Shown here: in pieces, positions 1 through 13,563 of the stretch | Layout: every line of letters starts with the position of its first letter | Numbering within the stretch: the stretch's first letter is position 1 | Assembly (NCBI RefSeq): GCF_006345805.1 | Contig: NC_043020.1 | Location: 14,632,001 to 14,696,000, forward strand | DNA length: 64,000 nucleotides | Direction of reading: 5' to 3' | Source of the DNA: Octopus sinensis | Taxonomy: Eukaryota | Made by a program: the position numbers and the translations under genes | The notes under the pieces: model-generated | Seen by the model: the letters and a program-made list of their open reading frames with translations, nothing else | Database searches by the model: none | Told to the model about the DNA's origin: nothing

Positions 1-1477
1 GTTTACCCATTTTTAGTGGAGTTTATTAAATATACCAAATAATTGAAATAATTTTCATGTGGAACGTTATAAAATAGACAAGTTCGGGTTGTTGCCGGTG
101 CTAACTAATAAAACGTCCCTCCTACGTAAATGATCTCAGCTGCTTTCTAAGTTACTTTAAAAGTTTAATTCCAAATGTTACTAACTAGAATCCTTAAACA
201 CTGTACATATTGAATAATAATTCTCTAATCATGGTGTCTTAGCTAATCAATGATACTGAGTGATACCTGTAACATGTAGGGAGCCTCTAGTGGTCGCTCA
301 AACTGCTAAAAATAATAGCCAAATATCCTTGAAATAACCTACCAACTTTAAAATAGGATACGTTAGGATACATAGTCCTAAAAAGACGGACCTGTCACTG
401 CTGATATGTCATACATTATAGGTATGCCCAATAAGGGCCGTTCTTAGACTAAGCAACAACATTAAGGTTCTCTAAGAGATGTTTCAGAAACTCTTAAACC
501 CTGTTGGTTATAGCAATTTACTTCATAAGTTGTATCATATGTTTAGTATATCATAAGTATCATTCATCAGTATCATAATTCAACGTCCGCGTTCCATGCT
601 GGCTTGAGTTGGATGGTTTGACTGGAGCTGGCTAGGTAGAAGGCTGTACCAGGCTTCAGTGTCTGTTCTGGCATGTTTTTTTTTATGGCTGGATGCCTTT
701 CCTAAGACTGACCACCCAAAAGAGTGGACTACTCAACAAAGGGATTATTTTCGGTTTTTCAGCGAAATTACCAGCTCATATCAATGAAACAACTATTTCC
801 TCTTATAAGTAACGTTTTATTTTATCTTTCATACGTACTTGGCAGGGTCATAGAATGCTGAACAGTGTTGCACAATTTGTGCTAGTTAAGGCAGCAAGCT
901 GGCAGGAATTTTTAGCATGCCAGGCAAAATGACTAGTGGCATTTGCTCTGTCTTTGCATTCCAAGTTCAAATTCTGCCATGGTTGACCTTGTCTTTCATC
1001 TTTTTGGGGTTGGGGGGTCAATAAAATAAGTACCAGTTAGAACACAGGGGTTAGCCTTGTGCCAAAATTTGAAATTAATATTTGTGCTAATACAATGTGG
1101 TGAGCTGGCTGAATTGCTAGCATGCTGGATAAAATACTTTGTAGCATTTTGTCCATCTTTATGTTCTGTGACTGGAAGGGAGAGGGAGGGATGTCATGAA
1201 GGGACTGGAAGAGGGACGAGATGATATCATGTCAGCGAGCAACAGGAAAAGACGGCCTCTTCCTTATAGGGTCTACAGGCATGGCAAGTCATGAGCTGCT
1301 AGCAGTCATGGTCTAGTGGTCCTAGCAGGCAAGGAATTGACTGAGTTGACATATGATTACAACTGTGAGATCTGTTTGGTTTTTCCCATGATGTGACATT
1401 TGGAGTGATTATCGCCGATTGCAACTCCAGGTAAGAGCAACTTTCATGCTTTTCAACAACACATGGAAAAGTGAATG

Positions 1478-1646
1478 CGCAGGAGTGGCTGTGTGGTAAG
1501 TAGCTTGCTAACCAACCACATGGTTCCGGGTTCAGTCCCACTGCGTGGCATCTTGGGCAAGTGTCTTCTGCTATAGCCCCGGGCCGACCAATGCCTTGTG
1601 AGTGGATTTGGTTGACGGAAACTGAAAGAAGCCTGTCGTATATATT

Positions 1647-1679
<33 letters not shown>

Positions 1680-1905
1680 TTGTTTGTGTGTTTGTGTTTG
1701 TCCCCCTAGCATTGCTTGACAACCGATGCTGGTGTGTTTACGTCCCCGTCACTTAGCGGTTCAGCAAAAAGAGACCGATAGAATAAGTACTGGGCTTACA
1801 AAAAAAGAATAAGTCCCGGGGTCGAGTTGCTCGACTAAATGCGGTGCTCCAGCATGGCCGCAGTCAAATGACTGAAACAAGTAAAAGAGTAAAAAGAGTA
1901 AAAGA
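1478..1905 (+). mobile_element. tRNA-derived SINE family A (~420 bp, internal TA/TG tract, (GTAAAAGA)n tail); representative copy
   Basis: A/B-box-like head TGGCTGTGTGG...GGTTCAGTCCC; other copies at ~2137, 15368, 24862, 26140(-), 37850(-), 42793, 44388(-), 63200(-). Confidence 0.88.
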
Positions 1906-3429
1906 GAGAGTTAAAATGATGATAAAGCTGGATCACTGTTGTGCTGATAACACCTTCTGAGGCAGAAACATATGTCCCAGCTGTCCATTTACCTCCAGAC
2001 AATAAGCCTGTCCTTCTCCTTAGTGGTGTGTCATCTTTGGAGAATTCTTGGTGTTTGAGATTATCTCCCCTTCTCAAGTAGAACTGGTTTTAATTGCCAT
2101 TTGATAACTATGAAACATCCTCTAGAGGCAGAGTTAAGCACAGGCATGACTCTGTGGTAAGAAGCTTGCTTCTGAAGCACATGGTTCCAAGTTCAGTCCC
2201 ACTACATGGTAACTTAAACAAGTGTCTTCTATTATAGCCTCAGGCCAACCAAAGCTTTGTGAGTGGATTTGGGAGACAGAAACTGAAAGAAGCCCATCAT
2301 ATATGTATGTGTGTGTGTGTCTAATGTTTGTTCCCCAACACCACATGACAACCAGTGTTAGTGTGTTTACATCCCTCTAACTTAGCGGTTCGGCAAAAGA
2401 GCCCAATAGAATAAATATCAGGCTTAACAAAAAAATAAGCAATGGGATTGATTCATTTGACTAAAACAAATTGTTCAAGGTGGTGCTCCAGCATGGCCAC
2501 GGTCTAATGACTGAGACAAATAAAAGATAAAAGATTATGTGAAATTCTGAGTTATGGACACTTAATCTCCTATCTATCTCTTTGCAGCTCCTGTTAATCA
2601 CTTTCTCTCTCTCTCCTCTACTAAATATGAGTAATCATGCTGCTACTCTGCAAGACCCTGCTGTTTTTCTTCGACTGACCTCTCCCCTCCCTCAGGGTTT
2701 GTAGTCTTGTAAGTTGCATGGCAACCTCAGTAGTGCTGGTGGCATGAAAAAAGCACCTAGGACATACTGTTGGCATTAGGAAGGACATTGGTGCAAGATC
2801 CAGTTCTTGGTCCCATTGGATTCTGACAAACCATCCATCCCACATCAGCATGGAACATGGACATTAAATGATGAAGAAGATGATGATATAGGTACAGCCA
2901 TGGCTGTGTGGTTAAGAAGCTTTTTTTTACAACCACTTAATTTTAGTTCAGTCCTTATGTTTGGCACATTGGGCAAGTGTCTTCTACTATAGCCTTGGAT
3001 CAACCAATGTGTTGTGAGTGCATTTGGTAGACAGAAACTGGGTAGAAACCCATCATATAGGTGTAGACAAATGGACATATCATGATAATGTTTCAATCCT
3101 GCTTTATGTCAATTAATTCCTAAGGAGTCAAAACCATAATGATATCTGTTCGGCAACTGATGATGGATGCAGGCATTTGATATGTTTATTGACTGAAATT
3201 TTTATATCCAGTGTTCTTGTTGTTCTAAACTTTCCTCCATTGAAATTGTTCTTGAGGGTTGACCTTGTTTAGGGGTTTTAGTTTCTTGGTTTGTGGTGGT
3301 TTCATTGTATATGTTGTTATTGGTAACATCTGGAAAAAGGATGCTTCTTTTCCACTTGCTCAAGTGAATGAAGCTTTGGCCAGGAGGAAATGATATCATC
3401 AGACTGTATCCAATGCTCATCAGATCTTT

Positions 3430-4175
3430 TGACTCTATACCATAATACCCCCCTGTCAGTGGATCAGTAGAGGTGGTTCTTCATCTCCTCCTGGCTTAAC
3501 TCTTCTCTCTTACTCCATAATCAGTAAAAGGCTCTTTCTGCTGCCTCTTCCATCCTGCACACATCCACCCTTTGCTCTTTTCCTCTTGTTCTAATGGCTA
3601 TAAGCATCCTCTATACTGATTGGGTCAGGAATTCCCTACAGCCAACTTCGACTGGGAAAAGCCATGACTGCCGTTTCTTTTCCCTGCAATCCTGCAGAAG
3701 ACCCTCACTTCAGTTTGTAAACCTGATTACATCCTTCTTCCTACTGGACTACAAGCCTGATCAAGATTACTTACCTTGCTTTTCAGACCACAGAACTACA
3801 TTTGGGCTCAGAGTTATATGGATGACCTGGAGAAACTGCAGTTTCCAGGTCTACTCTCATATCTCATAATTGGGACCCATGTCATAAGCTATTTGTCCTC
3901 TTTGCTGTACTCACTAGCTTTTCTCCTTCTCTCACAAATTTGATTGCTGCTATTTTCCTCTGATGATGGTGTTTCCTGAGCCTTTCCTGTTCCAGAGTGT
4001 GAGCCAGTGTTGCAAGTACCTTGCCATGGCGCCACCTGTATCTCCTTTGAATAAGTGTTATTTTGCACCCAGATACGATGTGTGTCACGGTACCCCTTTC
4101 TCCACAAAGTCTACACAACTGGTCCCCGCTCAAGCCCCATCTGTACGGGTTTGTTGGTGTTGAGTGTCATACACC
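3430..4175 (-). mobile_element. Degenerate 3' fragment of a restriction-like-endonuclease non-LTR retrotransposon (HERO-like)
   Basis: CRLC...HIVSGC...RYRWRHGKVL zinc-knuckle region followed by frameshifted endonuclease remnants ending FPVEVGCREF. Confidence 0.75.
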
Positions 4176-4689
4176 ACCCGCAACCGCACCCTACATTAAT
4201 GTTGTCTGAATGTCTTTCATTGGGATTCTAATTCTGGTAAGGTTAATACTTGTTTAAGGCTTTCTAGCTTATGGAAGTTTTGTTGCATGTATGTGTGTGT
4301 GTGTATTTGTCTCTCACACCGCTTTCCAACCGGTCGTTTGTTTATGTCCCCATAACTTAGCGGTTCGATCTAATGACCCGATAGAATAAGTACCAGTTTA
4401 AAAAAAAAAAGTACTGGGGTAGATTTGTTCGACTAAAATCTTTAAAGACAGTACTCCAGCGTGGCCACAGTCTAACACCTGAAAGAAGTAAAAAATAAAG
4501 GAAGGTACGTAGGTGGTAGGTATGTACGTATTATAGTAAGGCCGGGTGCCATCGCTAGCACAGTTTTAATTATTTTCCCGAAAACGATAAAATAGATTTT
4601 ATACGCTGCAACCAATAATATTTTACAACAGATTTTTTTTTATTAATGCATAAAATATATGTATAAATCAATATTAAAAAAAAATTCTA

Positions 4690-4931
4690 ATGGAAAGTCC
4701 GCCCGTTCGCAGAGCGCTTTTTGTCCTGAATGTCCTGTGAGAGAGGGAAAAAAGAGAGAGAGAGAGAGAGAGAGATATTAAGTAAAAGACAGAGAGTGAG
4801 AGAGAGAGATTAAGTGAAAGACAGAGAGTGAGAGAGAGAGATTAAGTGAAAGACAGAGAGTGAGAGAAAGAGAAAGAGCTTGTTGGTGTCACGTGGCCGA
4901 GCAACGGGGATTTAAATGAAACAACCTAAAT
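4690..4931 (+). promoter_or_regulatory. Putative metaxin promoter/5' region: GC box (CCGCCC 4699-4704), GA-rich tandem repeats (~4770-4865), E-box GTCACGTG (4888-4895)
   Basis: Motifs read directly; CpG density is visibly higher from ~4540 to ~5950 than in flanks, as expected for a housekeeping promoter; TSS not determined. Confidence 0.5.
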
Positions 4932-5012
4932 ATGGCAGAGTGTATAGAATTAGATATTTGGCACGGAGATTGGGGATTACCAACTGTTGAACCGAAATGT
5001 CTCGCTGTACTG
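4932..5012 (+). CDS. MTX1: Metaxin-1/3 exon 1 (MAECIELDIWHGDWGLPTVEPKCLAVL)
   Basis: ATG at 4932; translation matches the metaxin N-terminal W-x-G-x-WGLP-S/T-V...LAVL motif; GT donor at 5013, phase 0. Confidence 0.93.
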
Positions 5013-6719
5013 GTAATACACTTATTGTCTGCTAATTTCTCTTTCGTCATTTGTACTAATTCTGACGTTGTGACTTCGTTGTATTAATTAATGAAAGCAA
5101 GGGCATAACGTTATTATGTATGTCAGTCAAAGAGCAGTGCTCGGAGTATCTGAGAATCGATATGGAACGGCGGAATTTCTTAGAGATGCACAAGGCAGGA
5201 GGTTTATAAGGGAATGATGAAGGAGATTTCGTGACGTTCATACTTGTCTTAAGGTCACAAGCAAATTGAAATGACTCTCAAGTAAACGCAACTCGAAGGT
5301 TACCTGGCGCACTCGGTTTGCCGGGAGCTTACCGTATCGACTGACATTAACCGATCATTTCGTTTGGTTAATTCTTATTTCTCTGCACCACAGGAAAAAT
5401 TTCAGATCGATATAGCGTATATAGTAAAAGATTTTACTCAGGAAGTCCAGAAAACTTTTTCTGTTTTGTTGCTTTACGAATAGGGGACCGATCTGACTTC
5501 CTTCCTAAGGTCGATAAAATATAACACAAGGTGGATTCCATCGCATCACCTTTGATTGCAAGAAAAGTACCCTTCGTCGTGCCTCGTTCGCTAAAGATTT
5601 TGGCGTATCCCACAGTTTAGTGTATTATTTTCCATTTCGAAAATTTTTGTTTCAGTTGCTAAAATTATGGGAAACTTGGATTTTGTTAAGCTTCATTAAT
5701 AACTGATTGTAATAAGCGAAGAAATTAAATCTGGGCCGCGGTATTTGGTTATCCGAGAACATCTGTTTCGCACCCACGCATGACATAAATACTATTTAAT
5801 AGTACATGTGTAGTACAACGTCGTTATTATTTTTGTAAACAAGTGTACCGGAAATGGTTCTTGGGTTATTTCAACTGCTTATATTATTATAAGTAGACTA
5901 AAGGTGGCGAGATGGCAGAATCATTAGAACGTCGGAAAATATGCATTGCAGTATTTCCTTCGGTTCTTTGTGTTCTGAGTTTAAGTCCCGCCTAGGTCAA
6001 CTTTGCCTTTCGATCCCTCTGGATCGATTGGATCGACTAACCCCTTACAATTACTGGCCCTTTGCGTAAATCACAAATCATTATAAATAGACTATCCATC
6101 TTTTAACCATTATAGATAGATAGACAGAGAGCTGAGCGATACTGTATTGGAGATGGAGAGCCTTTAAATGTGATGTATGACAACACGACTAACTTATTTA
6201 CCTTCATTTCCTGTACACGGTGATGAAGAATCGGGTGTGTTAGGTAGTAGAAAAGGTTTGGAAATCAGTGGGCTGTGGACTTGACTAGCCATAAGAAAAC
6301 TGATACTCTTTTAGAGACGAAGAGAAATGTGGTACTGTACTCACTGTGGATGAAGTAGAAATTTTTGCTGAATACTTCTCGGGGAAACTTCACACAAGCT
6401 ATCCAGAGCCATGAAGATCTCAGTTATTACTATACTAAACTATGTTCGGTGACTGCAACATATGACTTTCGCGAATGTCTATGGGGAAATAAGATTTTAG
6501 CATCAATGTTGCAAGACTGTTTTTCTATATTCTTCGACATAAAGCCTTAACAGACAAGCATTCTCTAAAGCATGTTCTTGAAACAAGGGCAGGTGAACTG
6601 GCTTATGCATGCAAGGGTTGTAACCATGGGGGCAAGCATTATTTTAAAAAACTGAGTTGATTCCAGTTGTGACAGCAGAGACAATAGTAACATTTCACAA
6701 GTTCATTGCGATACTCAGG

Positions 6720-7310
6720 GCAGCACTGAGAGCTCCAGATGTGACTGGTGGAACTGAGGTGGAAAAGGATGGCACTGAGAGCACCAGATGTGACTATGGT
6801 GGAACTGAGGTGGCACAAGATGGCACTGAGAGCACCAGATGAGACTATGGTGGAACTGAGGTGACACAGGATGGCACTGAGAGCTCCAGATGTGACTGGT
6901 AGAACTGAGGTGATACAAGATGGTACTGAGAGCACCAGATGTTACTGTGGTGGAACAGGGTGATACTGAGAGATCCAGATGTGACTGTGGTGGAATTGAG
7001 GTGGAACAAGATGGCACTGAGAGCACCAGATGTTACTGTGGTGGAACAGGGTGATACTGAGAGATCCAGATGTGACTGTGGTGGAATTGAGGTGGCACAA
7101 GATGGCACTGAGAGCACCAGATGTTACTGTGGTGGAACAGAGTGGTACTGAGAGCTCCAGATGTAACAGAGGTGGCACAAGATGACACTGAGCTCCAGAT
7201 GTGACTGTGGTGGAACTGAGTTGGAACAGGGTAGTACTGAGAGCTCCAGATGTGACTGTGGTGGAACTAAGGTGACACAGGGTGGCACTGAGAGCTCCAG
7301 ATGTGACTGT
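6720..7310. repeat. Minisatellite of ~13 units (51-bp unit with ~40-bp deletion variants)
   Basis: Repeated GGCACTGAGAGCACCAGATGTGACTRTGGTGGAACTGAGGTGGCACAAGAT; explains the overlapping repetitive ORFs. Confidence 0.9.
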
Positions 7311-10208
7311 AGTAGAGTTACCAGTTCTCAAAGGACCCAAGCCAGAATTACTAATAGCCCTCTGAAAATTGTTGAAGCTGTAGCATTGTCAGCAGAACAT
7401 GGTGGCCTCATAACACATGTAATTCCTTGTTCTTCAAAAATGTACAAGCTGATATCATTCTGCCTGAAGAAGGAGAAACAGGCAAGCTGTCGTCAACAAT
7501 ACATCCTTCCTGAGTTGGTCAGAATGGACCTGATACAAGGAACATCTCACACTTCACTGCTCCAAACAAGCTGTTCACTCTAGCTTGACTCAACAACACC
7601 CATAGGATCCCAGCCAAGATCATCTCTGCTGGTCGCCTCAGCTGATCAGATGCTATCCACAACATCTTGCAGTATTGTCATGATGATGATTACATGCTAA
7701 AATATAAGCTGATGGACTTTTTAGTATTAATCACAATTTCTGATATTTTAAAGAACAAAGAATTAAAAAAATAACTTTCCATTCCTCAAACATTTCTATA
7801 CAAAGAATAGACAGTAGTTTCAGTTTAGGTAATAAAAAGAAAGGGGGTTAGAGTATAGAGTATAATAAGAAAAAGAAAGGGGGTTAGAGTATAGTGTCGT
7901 TATTTTTTTTTTGTAAAGGTGTGGCTATGTAAATGGGATGCTTGCTTCCCAACCACATGGTTCTGGGTTCAGTCCCACTACTTAGCACCTTGGGTAAGTG
8001 GTCGATAAATTAAGTACCAGTTACGCACTGGGGTCGATATAATCGACTTAATCTGTTTGTCCCCTTTGTGTTTAGATCCCTGTGGGCAATAAAGAAATAA
8101 ATATATCCTTGGGCTGACCAAAGTCTTGTGAGTAGGTTTGGTAGACGGAAATTGAAGGAAGCCCATCGTGTGTATATATATATATATATATATTGTTGTC
8201 AGCACCCACTTGTGTCTGAATTTGGTTCATGTGGTGCCTCCATGATGCTTAAACCTGACATGGCTCAGAAGGCCATGTTGGGAATGGAACAGTGTCGAGC
8301 ATTGATCACATGGCAAGGCAGGTGGTGGTCTTGCTTGGAGTTGCAGGGCCTTGTGTTGCCTTCTTTTTGTTTCTTCAGTCTTCCTCCTCTCCTCATAAGT
8401 GTGTGCCTTTGTTTGTCCCCCACCACCACTTGATAACCGGGGTCACCACCACCCCCTGTCGGAGCCTTGTGGAGGTTTTAGGTGTTTTCGCTCAATAAAT
8501 ACAACGCCTGGTCTGGGAATCGAAACTGCGATCCTCCAACTGCGAGTCCGCTGACCTAACCACTGGGCCATTGCACCTCCACTGTGCCCTTTTTAATGCC
8601 TAGCCAGGCTCGTGGGCCTGGTTTCAATGGCATATGTGTTCCCCAGCTGGACGGGACGCCAGTCCATCACAGCATTACTCATTTTTGCCAGCTGAGTGGA
8701 CTGGAACAATGTGAAAATGAAGTGTTTTGCTCAAGAACACACCATGTCGCCTGGTCCAGGAATCGAAACCACAATCTTATGATCATGATGCTGACACCCT
8801 ATCACCCTTTCCAAGCCTAGCCAGGCTAATGGGCCCGGTTTCAGTGGCGTAGAAATTCCCCACCTGGACGGGACGCCAGTCCATTGTAGCGTTACTCATT
8901 TTTGCCAGCTGAGTGGACTGGAACAACGTGAAAAATGAAGTGTTTTGCTCAAGAACACACCATGTCGCCTAGTCCAGGAATCGAAACCACAATCTTACGA
9001 TCATGATGCTGACACCCTAACCACTAAGCCACACGGCTCCATGATAGAATAAGTACAAGGCTTAAGAAAATAAAGTACTCGAGTTGATTCATTTGACCAA
9101 AAGTTTATCAAGGTGGTGCTCCAGCATGGCTGTCATCTAATGACTGAAACAGATAGAAGAGTAAGTTAATGAGAAGTAGGAAACAAGAGACTAAAAGATT
9201 ACTATGGTGTGTTTAGTTGTTACATAAACTATTTTTGAATTAAGTTATGCAGTTATTGTTCTTGTTCATGAGCTGAGAAACATTATATCGTTTGCTGATA
9301 TCAAAGATAAAGAACTGGTCAGGTGTGACTAGTGACTTTCAAAAATACAGCACATCTTAATGAGAACACCTGGTGATTTTGTCTTCAGCCAAACACAAGT
9401 TCCATGTAAATATATATTTCTTTATTGCCCACAAGGGGCTAAACATAGAGGGGACAAACAAGGACAGACAAAGGGATTAAGTCGATTACATCAACCCCAG
9501 TGCAAAACTGGTACTTTATTTATCAACTCCGAAAGGATGAAAGGTAAAGTCGACTTTGGCGGAATTTGAACTCAGAACGTAACGACAGACGAAATACCGC
9601 AAAGCATTTCACCCGACACGCTAATGTGTCTGCCAGCTCGCCGCTTTCAGTTCCATTTAAATATAACTTCTTAGTTCTGACTTTCCTTTTTAATCTCTGG
9701 GGAATCTGTAGAGACTACCTCATTCCAAGTTATACTCACTAATATTATTGGCTTGTAATGATTTTAGTTTCAAATTTTGGCACAATGCCAGCAGTTTTGG
9801 GGAAGGGGTGAAATCGATTACATTGACCCCAGTGCTCAACTGGTACTTATTTTATTGACCCCAAAAAGGATGAAAGGCAAAATCAGCCACAGTGGAATTT
9901 GAACTCAGAACATAAAGACATGAAATGCCACTAAGCATTTTACCCACCATGTTAATGACTCAGCTTGCCGTCCATTAGCTTGTAACCATATTACAAGCTA
10001 TTATGTCTAGCATTCCACCATTCCATGTAATACAATGAAATAAAGCAGGAAATAATTCTGATTGGAAATAGGTTAAGGATTTTGATCACAGATCTTTCCA
10101 TCATACAATTTGGCACCACCAATAAATAAAAATCTGCTGATATGTTTACTCATTGAAGATCTGTATTTTCATGTTTTGCCCTAAATATGCATTTATTTTT
10201 ACTTACAG

Positions 10209-10278
10209 ACATATTGTAAATTTTCTGGGGTTCCAGTATGTATACAGAAAACTGGGAATCCATTTCGATCTCCGTCAG
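10209..10278 (+). CDS. MTX1: Metaxin exon 2 (TYCKFSGVPVCIQKTGNPFRSPSG)
   Basis: ttacAG acceptor, GTAAGG donor; resembles the TYARFTGAP...NPWQSPSG segment of vertebrate MTX1; 70 nt, ends phase 1. Confidence 0.93.
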
Positions 10279-10692
10279 GTAAGGATGTGATAAAACAAGT
10301 AAAATATGTATGCCACAAGCAAATGCATGTTATACTCTTCAACATGTATTGAGTACTCTCATCCTCATTCATTGAATTGACAAGCTTGAACATTTGAATA
10401 TATGTGTTTTTATGTATACAATGTGGCCCAAAAGCAGGTTTACAGTTATTCAACTATCTCTTTCACATTCATATTCTCTTTACTCTTTTACTCGTTTCAC
10501 ATGGCAAAAAAAAGAAGAAAAATAATGAAATCAAACAGTCTTTGATTAAGAAACCCTTATTGTTATAATTATATATAAAAAAACTTTTTGTATAAGTTTT
10601 TACCGAATATGGTCCTTTTCCATACCGAAAAACTATTAGGTGAAATTTGTTGATTTTATTAAATTAATTATCTTTCACCCTATATCTGTGTG

Positions 10693-10742
<50 letters not shown>

Positions 10743-10758
10743 TGTTTGTGTGTGTATA

Positions 10759-11007
10759 TTGGGTCAGCCAATAAATAATGCAGTTTTTTCAATTGATTGA
10801 ACTAAAAGCCGGAGGGGAATGGGATAAACTACCTACATCAATTTGCTATAAAAGCAGGTAATAGTTTTACCTTGTCCTTATTCTTAGTGCAAGTTTTGAA
10901 GAGTGTAGTTCGATTTAAACAGTTATTTTTTCAAAGCTATAATGGAAGTGACAAAGGAGCATATTCAGCATATTTTGCTTTATGAGTTCAATAGAAGCAA
11001 CAATTAA
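10759..11007 (+). mobile_element. 5' stub of a mariner transposon (TA + TIR-like end + transposase N-terminus MEVTKEHIQHILLYEFN)
   Basis: TA|TTGGGTCAGCCAATAA end; ATG 10942 peptide resembles the mariner HTH start (H-I-R/Q-H..LYEF). Confidence 0.7.
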
Positions 11008-11358
11008 TATTCCTCGCACTTTCTGTTGCATATATACACACAGAGATAGGGTGAAAGATAATTAATTTAATAAAATCAACAAATTTCACCTAGTAGTTTT
11101 TCGGTATGGAAAAGGACCATATTCAGTAAAAACTTATACAAAAAGTTTTTTTGTATGTAATTATAACAATAAGGGTTTCTTAATCGAAGACTGTTTGATT
11201 TCATTATTTTTCTTCTTTTTTTTGCCATGTGTGAGTTACAAATATTGTTGTCTGTGGAGACATACTTTTGTAGAAAAAAGAAATAGTAGTCCTTTGGCTG
11301 CTATTTCTAAAATTTTCGGTATGTGGTCAAGCAACTTGTTGCAAAACCCTTATTGTTA

Positions 11359-11399
<41 letters not shown>

Positions 11400-11894
11400 C
11401 TCGAAGGCCAGTACTTTCATGCCAAGTGTTGGTATGAAACTTTGGAATTGCCTACTTCCATAGGTTTGTCTGGTGTTATGGACTTGCAAAAGTTTCAGTC
11501 AAACATCAACAGCATTCATGTCATTTATCTCAGAAGACCTTGTGAAGGCCAAGGGCTGTGCTCTTTCCTCCAGATTTCATCATCATCATCATCGTTTAAC
11601 GTCTGTTTTCCAAGCTAGCACGGGTTGGACGGTTCAACCAGGGTCTGGGAAGCCAGGAGGCTGCATCAGGCTCCAGTCTGATCTGGCAGTGTTTCTACAG
11701 CTGGATGCCCTTCCTAACGCCATCCACTCCGTGAGTGTAGTGGGTGCTTTTTACATGCCAGACGAGGCTGGCAAACGGCCACGATCGGATGGTGCTTTTT
11801 ACGTGCCACCAGCATGGAGGCCAGTCAGGGCGGTGCTGGCTATGGCCACGTTTGGATGGTTCTTTTATGTGCCACCGGCACTGGTATCACAGTT

Positions 11895-12409
11895 GGAGTA
11901 TGGGATTCAAGCCTCTTCTCCTTATCTCCTCAAAGACATACAGCACCTCGAAAGAGTCCAGAGGCTGGCTACCCGCATGGTTCATGGTCTCAAAAATTTG
12001 TCCTACGAAGAAAGGCTGAGGACGCTCGACCTTTATTCTCTTGAAAAACGCTGCCGCCGTGGTGATCTCATTTTCGCCCACAACATCATAAGCGGGAAGT
12101 GTAACCTCTCGAAAGAGCTGTTCTTCACTCCTGCTCCGGAGCGTCGGCTGCGGGGTCATTCCGAAAAGCTCTACCTGCGACGATTTCATCTCAATCGAAG
12201 GATAGGAGCTTTCTCTGTCCGGGTTGCGGATCCGTGGAACAAGCTGCCAGACGAGATGGTGAAGATGCCGACGACCGCTTTGTTCAAAGCCTCCCTGGAC
12301 CTCAAGTGGCCTGAACTCTTTGCATGAACACCACCCTGTACTTGACTCCATGTCCCCCTACATGGCCTTGCTATTTGCTTTTGAGCCAAATTAACTAACT
12401 AACTAACTA
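11895..12409 (+). mobile_element. 5'-truncated CR1-clade LINE 3' end with (TAAC)n tail, nested in a (GAT)n-tailed SINE
   Basis: LERVQRLATRMV.GL..LSYEERL...RRGDLI...RGHS..L...FSVRV...WNKLP; direct repeat ACAGTT at 11889-11894 and 12410-12415. Confidence 0.9.
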
Positions 12410-12586
12410 ACAGTTACAAATTCCATTGATGTTGATTGATTACGATTTTGATTTTCACTTGCCTCAACAGGAGGCAATTTAATTAAAGAAAATGGCAAGA
12501 ATGCTAAACATTTTGCCAGTGTCCACCAAATTAGCACAAAGCACAACATTAGGTGCAGTATCTTATAAACTTTCTTCTTTGTGTAG

Positions 12587-12663
12587 GAGAGCTTCCCTTA
12601 CTTCGACACGGAACAGAAATTCAAAGTTCAACAGAAAATATAATTAATTATCTTCGAGAAAAG
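12587..12663 (+). CDS. MTX1: Metaxin exon 3 (ELPLLRHGTEIQSSTENIINYLREK)
   Basis: Pyrimidine tract + tAG acceptor, GTAAGT donor; completes G codon from exon 2; LP-x-L...II-x-YLR motif. Confidence 0.93.
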
Positions 12664-13106
12664 GTAAGTAGTTTCTTAATTTATTTAATAGATTTAATTG
12701 TAATTAGGATAAATTTTAATGTTATGCTGCCAATAGTTGAACAAATCTTAAGAGACTTGGTTCTTGCTTTTATTTTAAATATTTATCTTAATTTAGTTTG
12801 TTTGTGTCTTTGTTGGTTTCTTATAATGCCATCTTCCATCCTTAGGTAACAAGGGAGCCCTATGTGATCAGCCTACTTCCTAGAAATAGCAATCAAATCT
12901 CCTTCAAATTATACTTCATTGTCCTTAAAGAGAAAAGCTATATTGGATAATGCATATCTAAGAGAAAAAAAAAGGATGGCCATGGCTGGAATGCTTTATA
13001 CTATAACCCTGACCAACCATTAATTGCAATATACTACTACCTTAATTAACCATTAAATACTACATATAAGTGTAATCAATGACTGCTTAAGCTACTATGT
13101 ACACCT

Positions 13107-13433
13107 TATGAGAGCTCAAAATCTCTCGTGGAAGCGTCATCCAACCAAAATGCAAATATATGGGAAACTACCACCTGTGTCATCTCTTGTGAAAGGTGGG
13201 AGAGTCCAGTTTGCTGGACATTGTTGTGGAGCTGAAGGCGAGGTAATTTCTGCTCTTCTCCTCTTGAAGCCATCTACTCACGATACCAGAGGGCGCACAC
13301 TCTCCTACCCTGATGTAATCTCCAGGGATACAGGCATCCAGCAACAGGACCTCCGTAAAGCTATGATGGACCGTGAAGTCTGGCGTAGCATGGTAAATTC
13401 CATTGTCTCGACCACAGTCGAACAATGATGATG
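13107..13433 (+). mobile_element. 5'-truncated RTE-like LINE 3' end with (TGA)n tail
   Basis: FAGHC...AMMDREVWR C-terminal motif; 10-bp TSD ATGTACACCT at 13097-13106 and 13434-13443. Confidence 0.85.
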
Positions 13434-13563
13434 ATGTACACCTATTACCTACTATGCAAATCTGTTAGCTATTATATACACTCATTAGCTACTATACACG
13501 CCTGTTAGCTACTATATACACATCTACCAAACCAATCTCCACCCTACCCCACGCCATTTAACT

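Noticed and set aside
10595-10650. Hammerhead in the 10.5/11.1/36.4-kb family (CYGAATA...hairpin...CCGAAA...TA)
   Set aside because: Position 8 is U with C3, so the 3-8 pair is absent, and stem III does not pair convincingly; left unresolved
11473-12327. 284-aa ORF as a host gene
   Set aside because: Chance fusion of SINE sequence with a truncated CR1 ORF2 C-terminus
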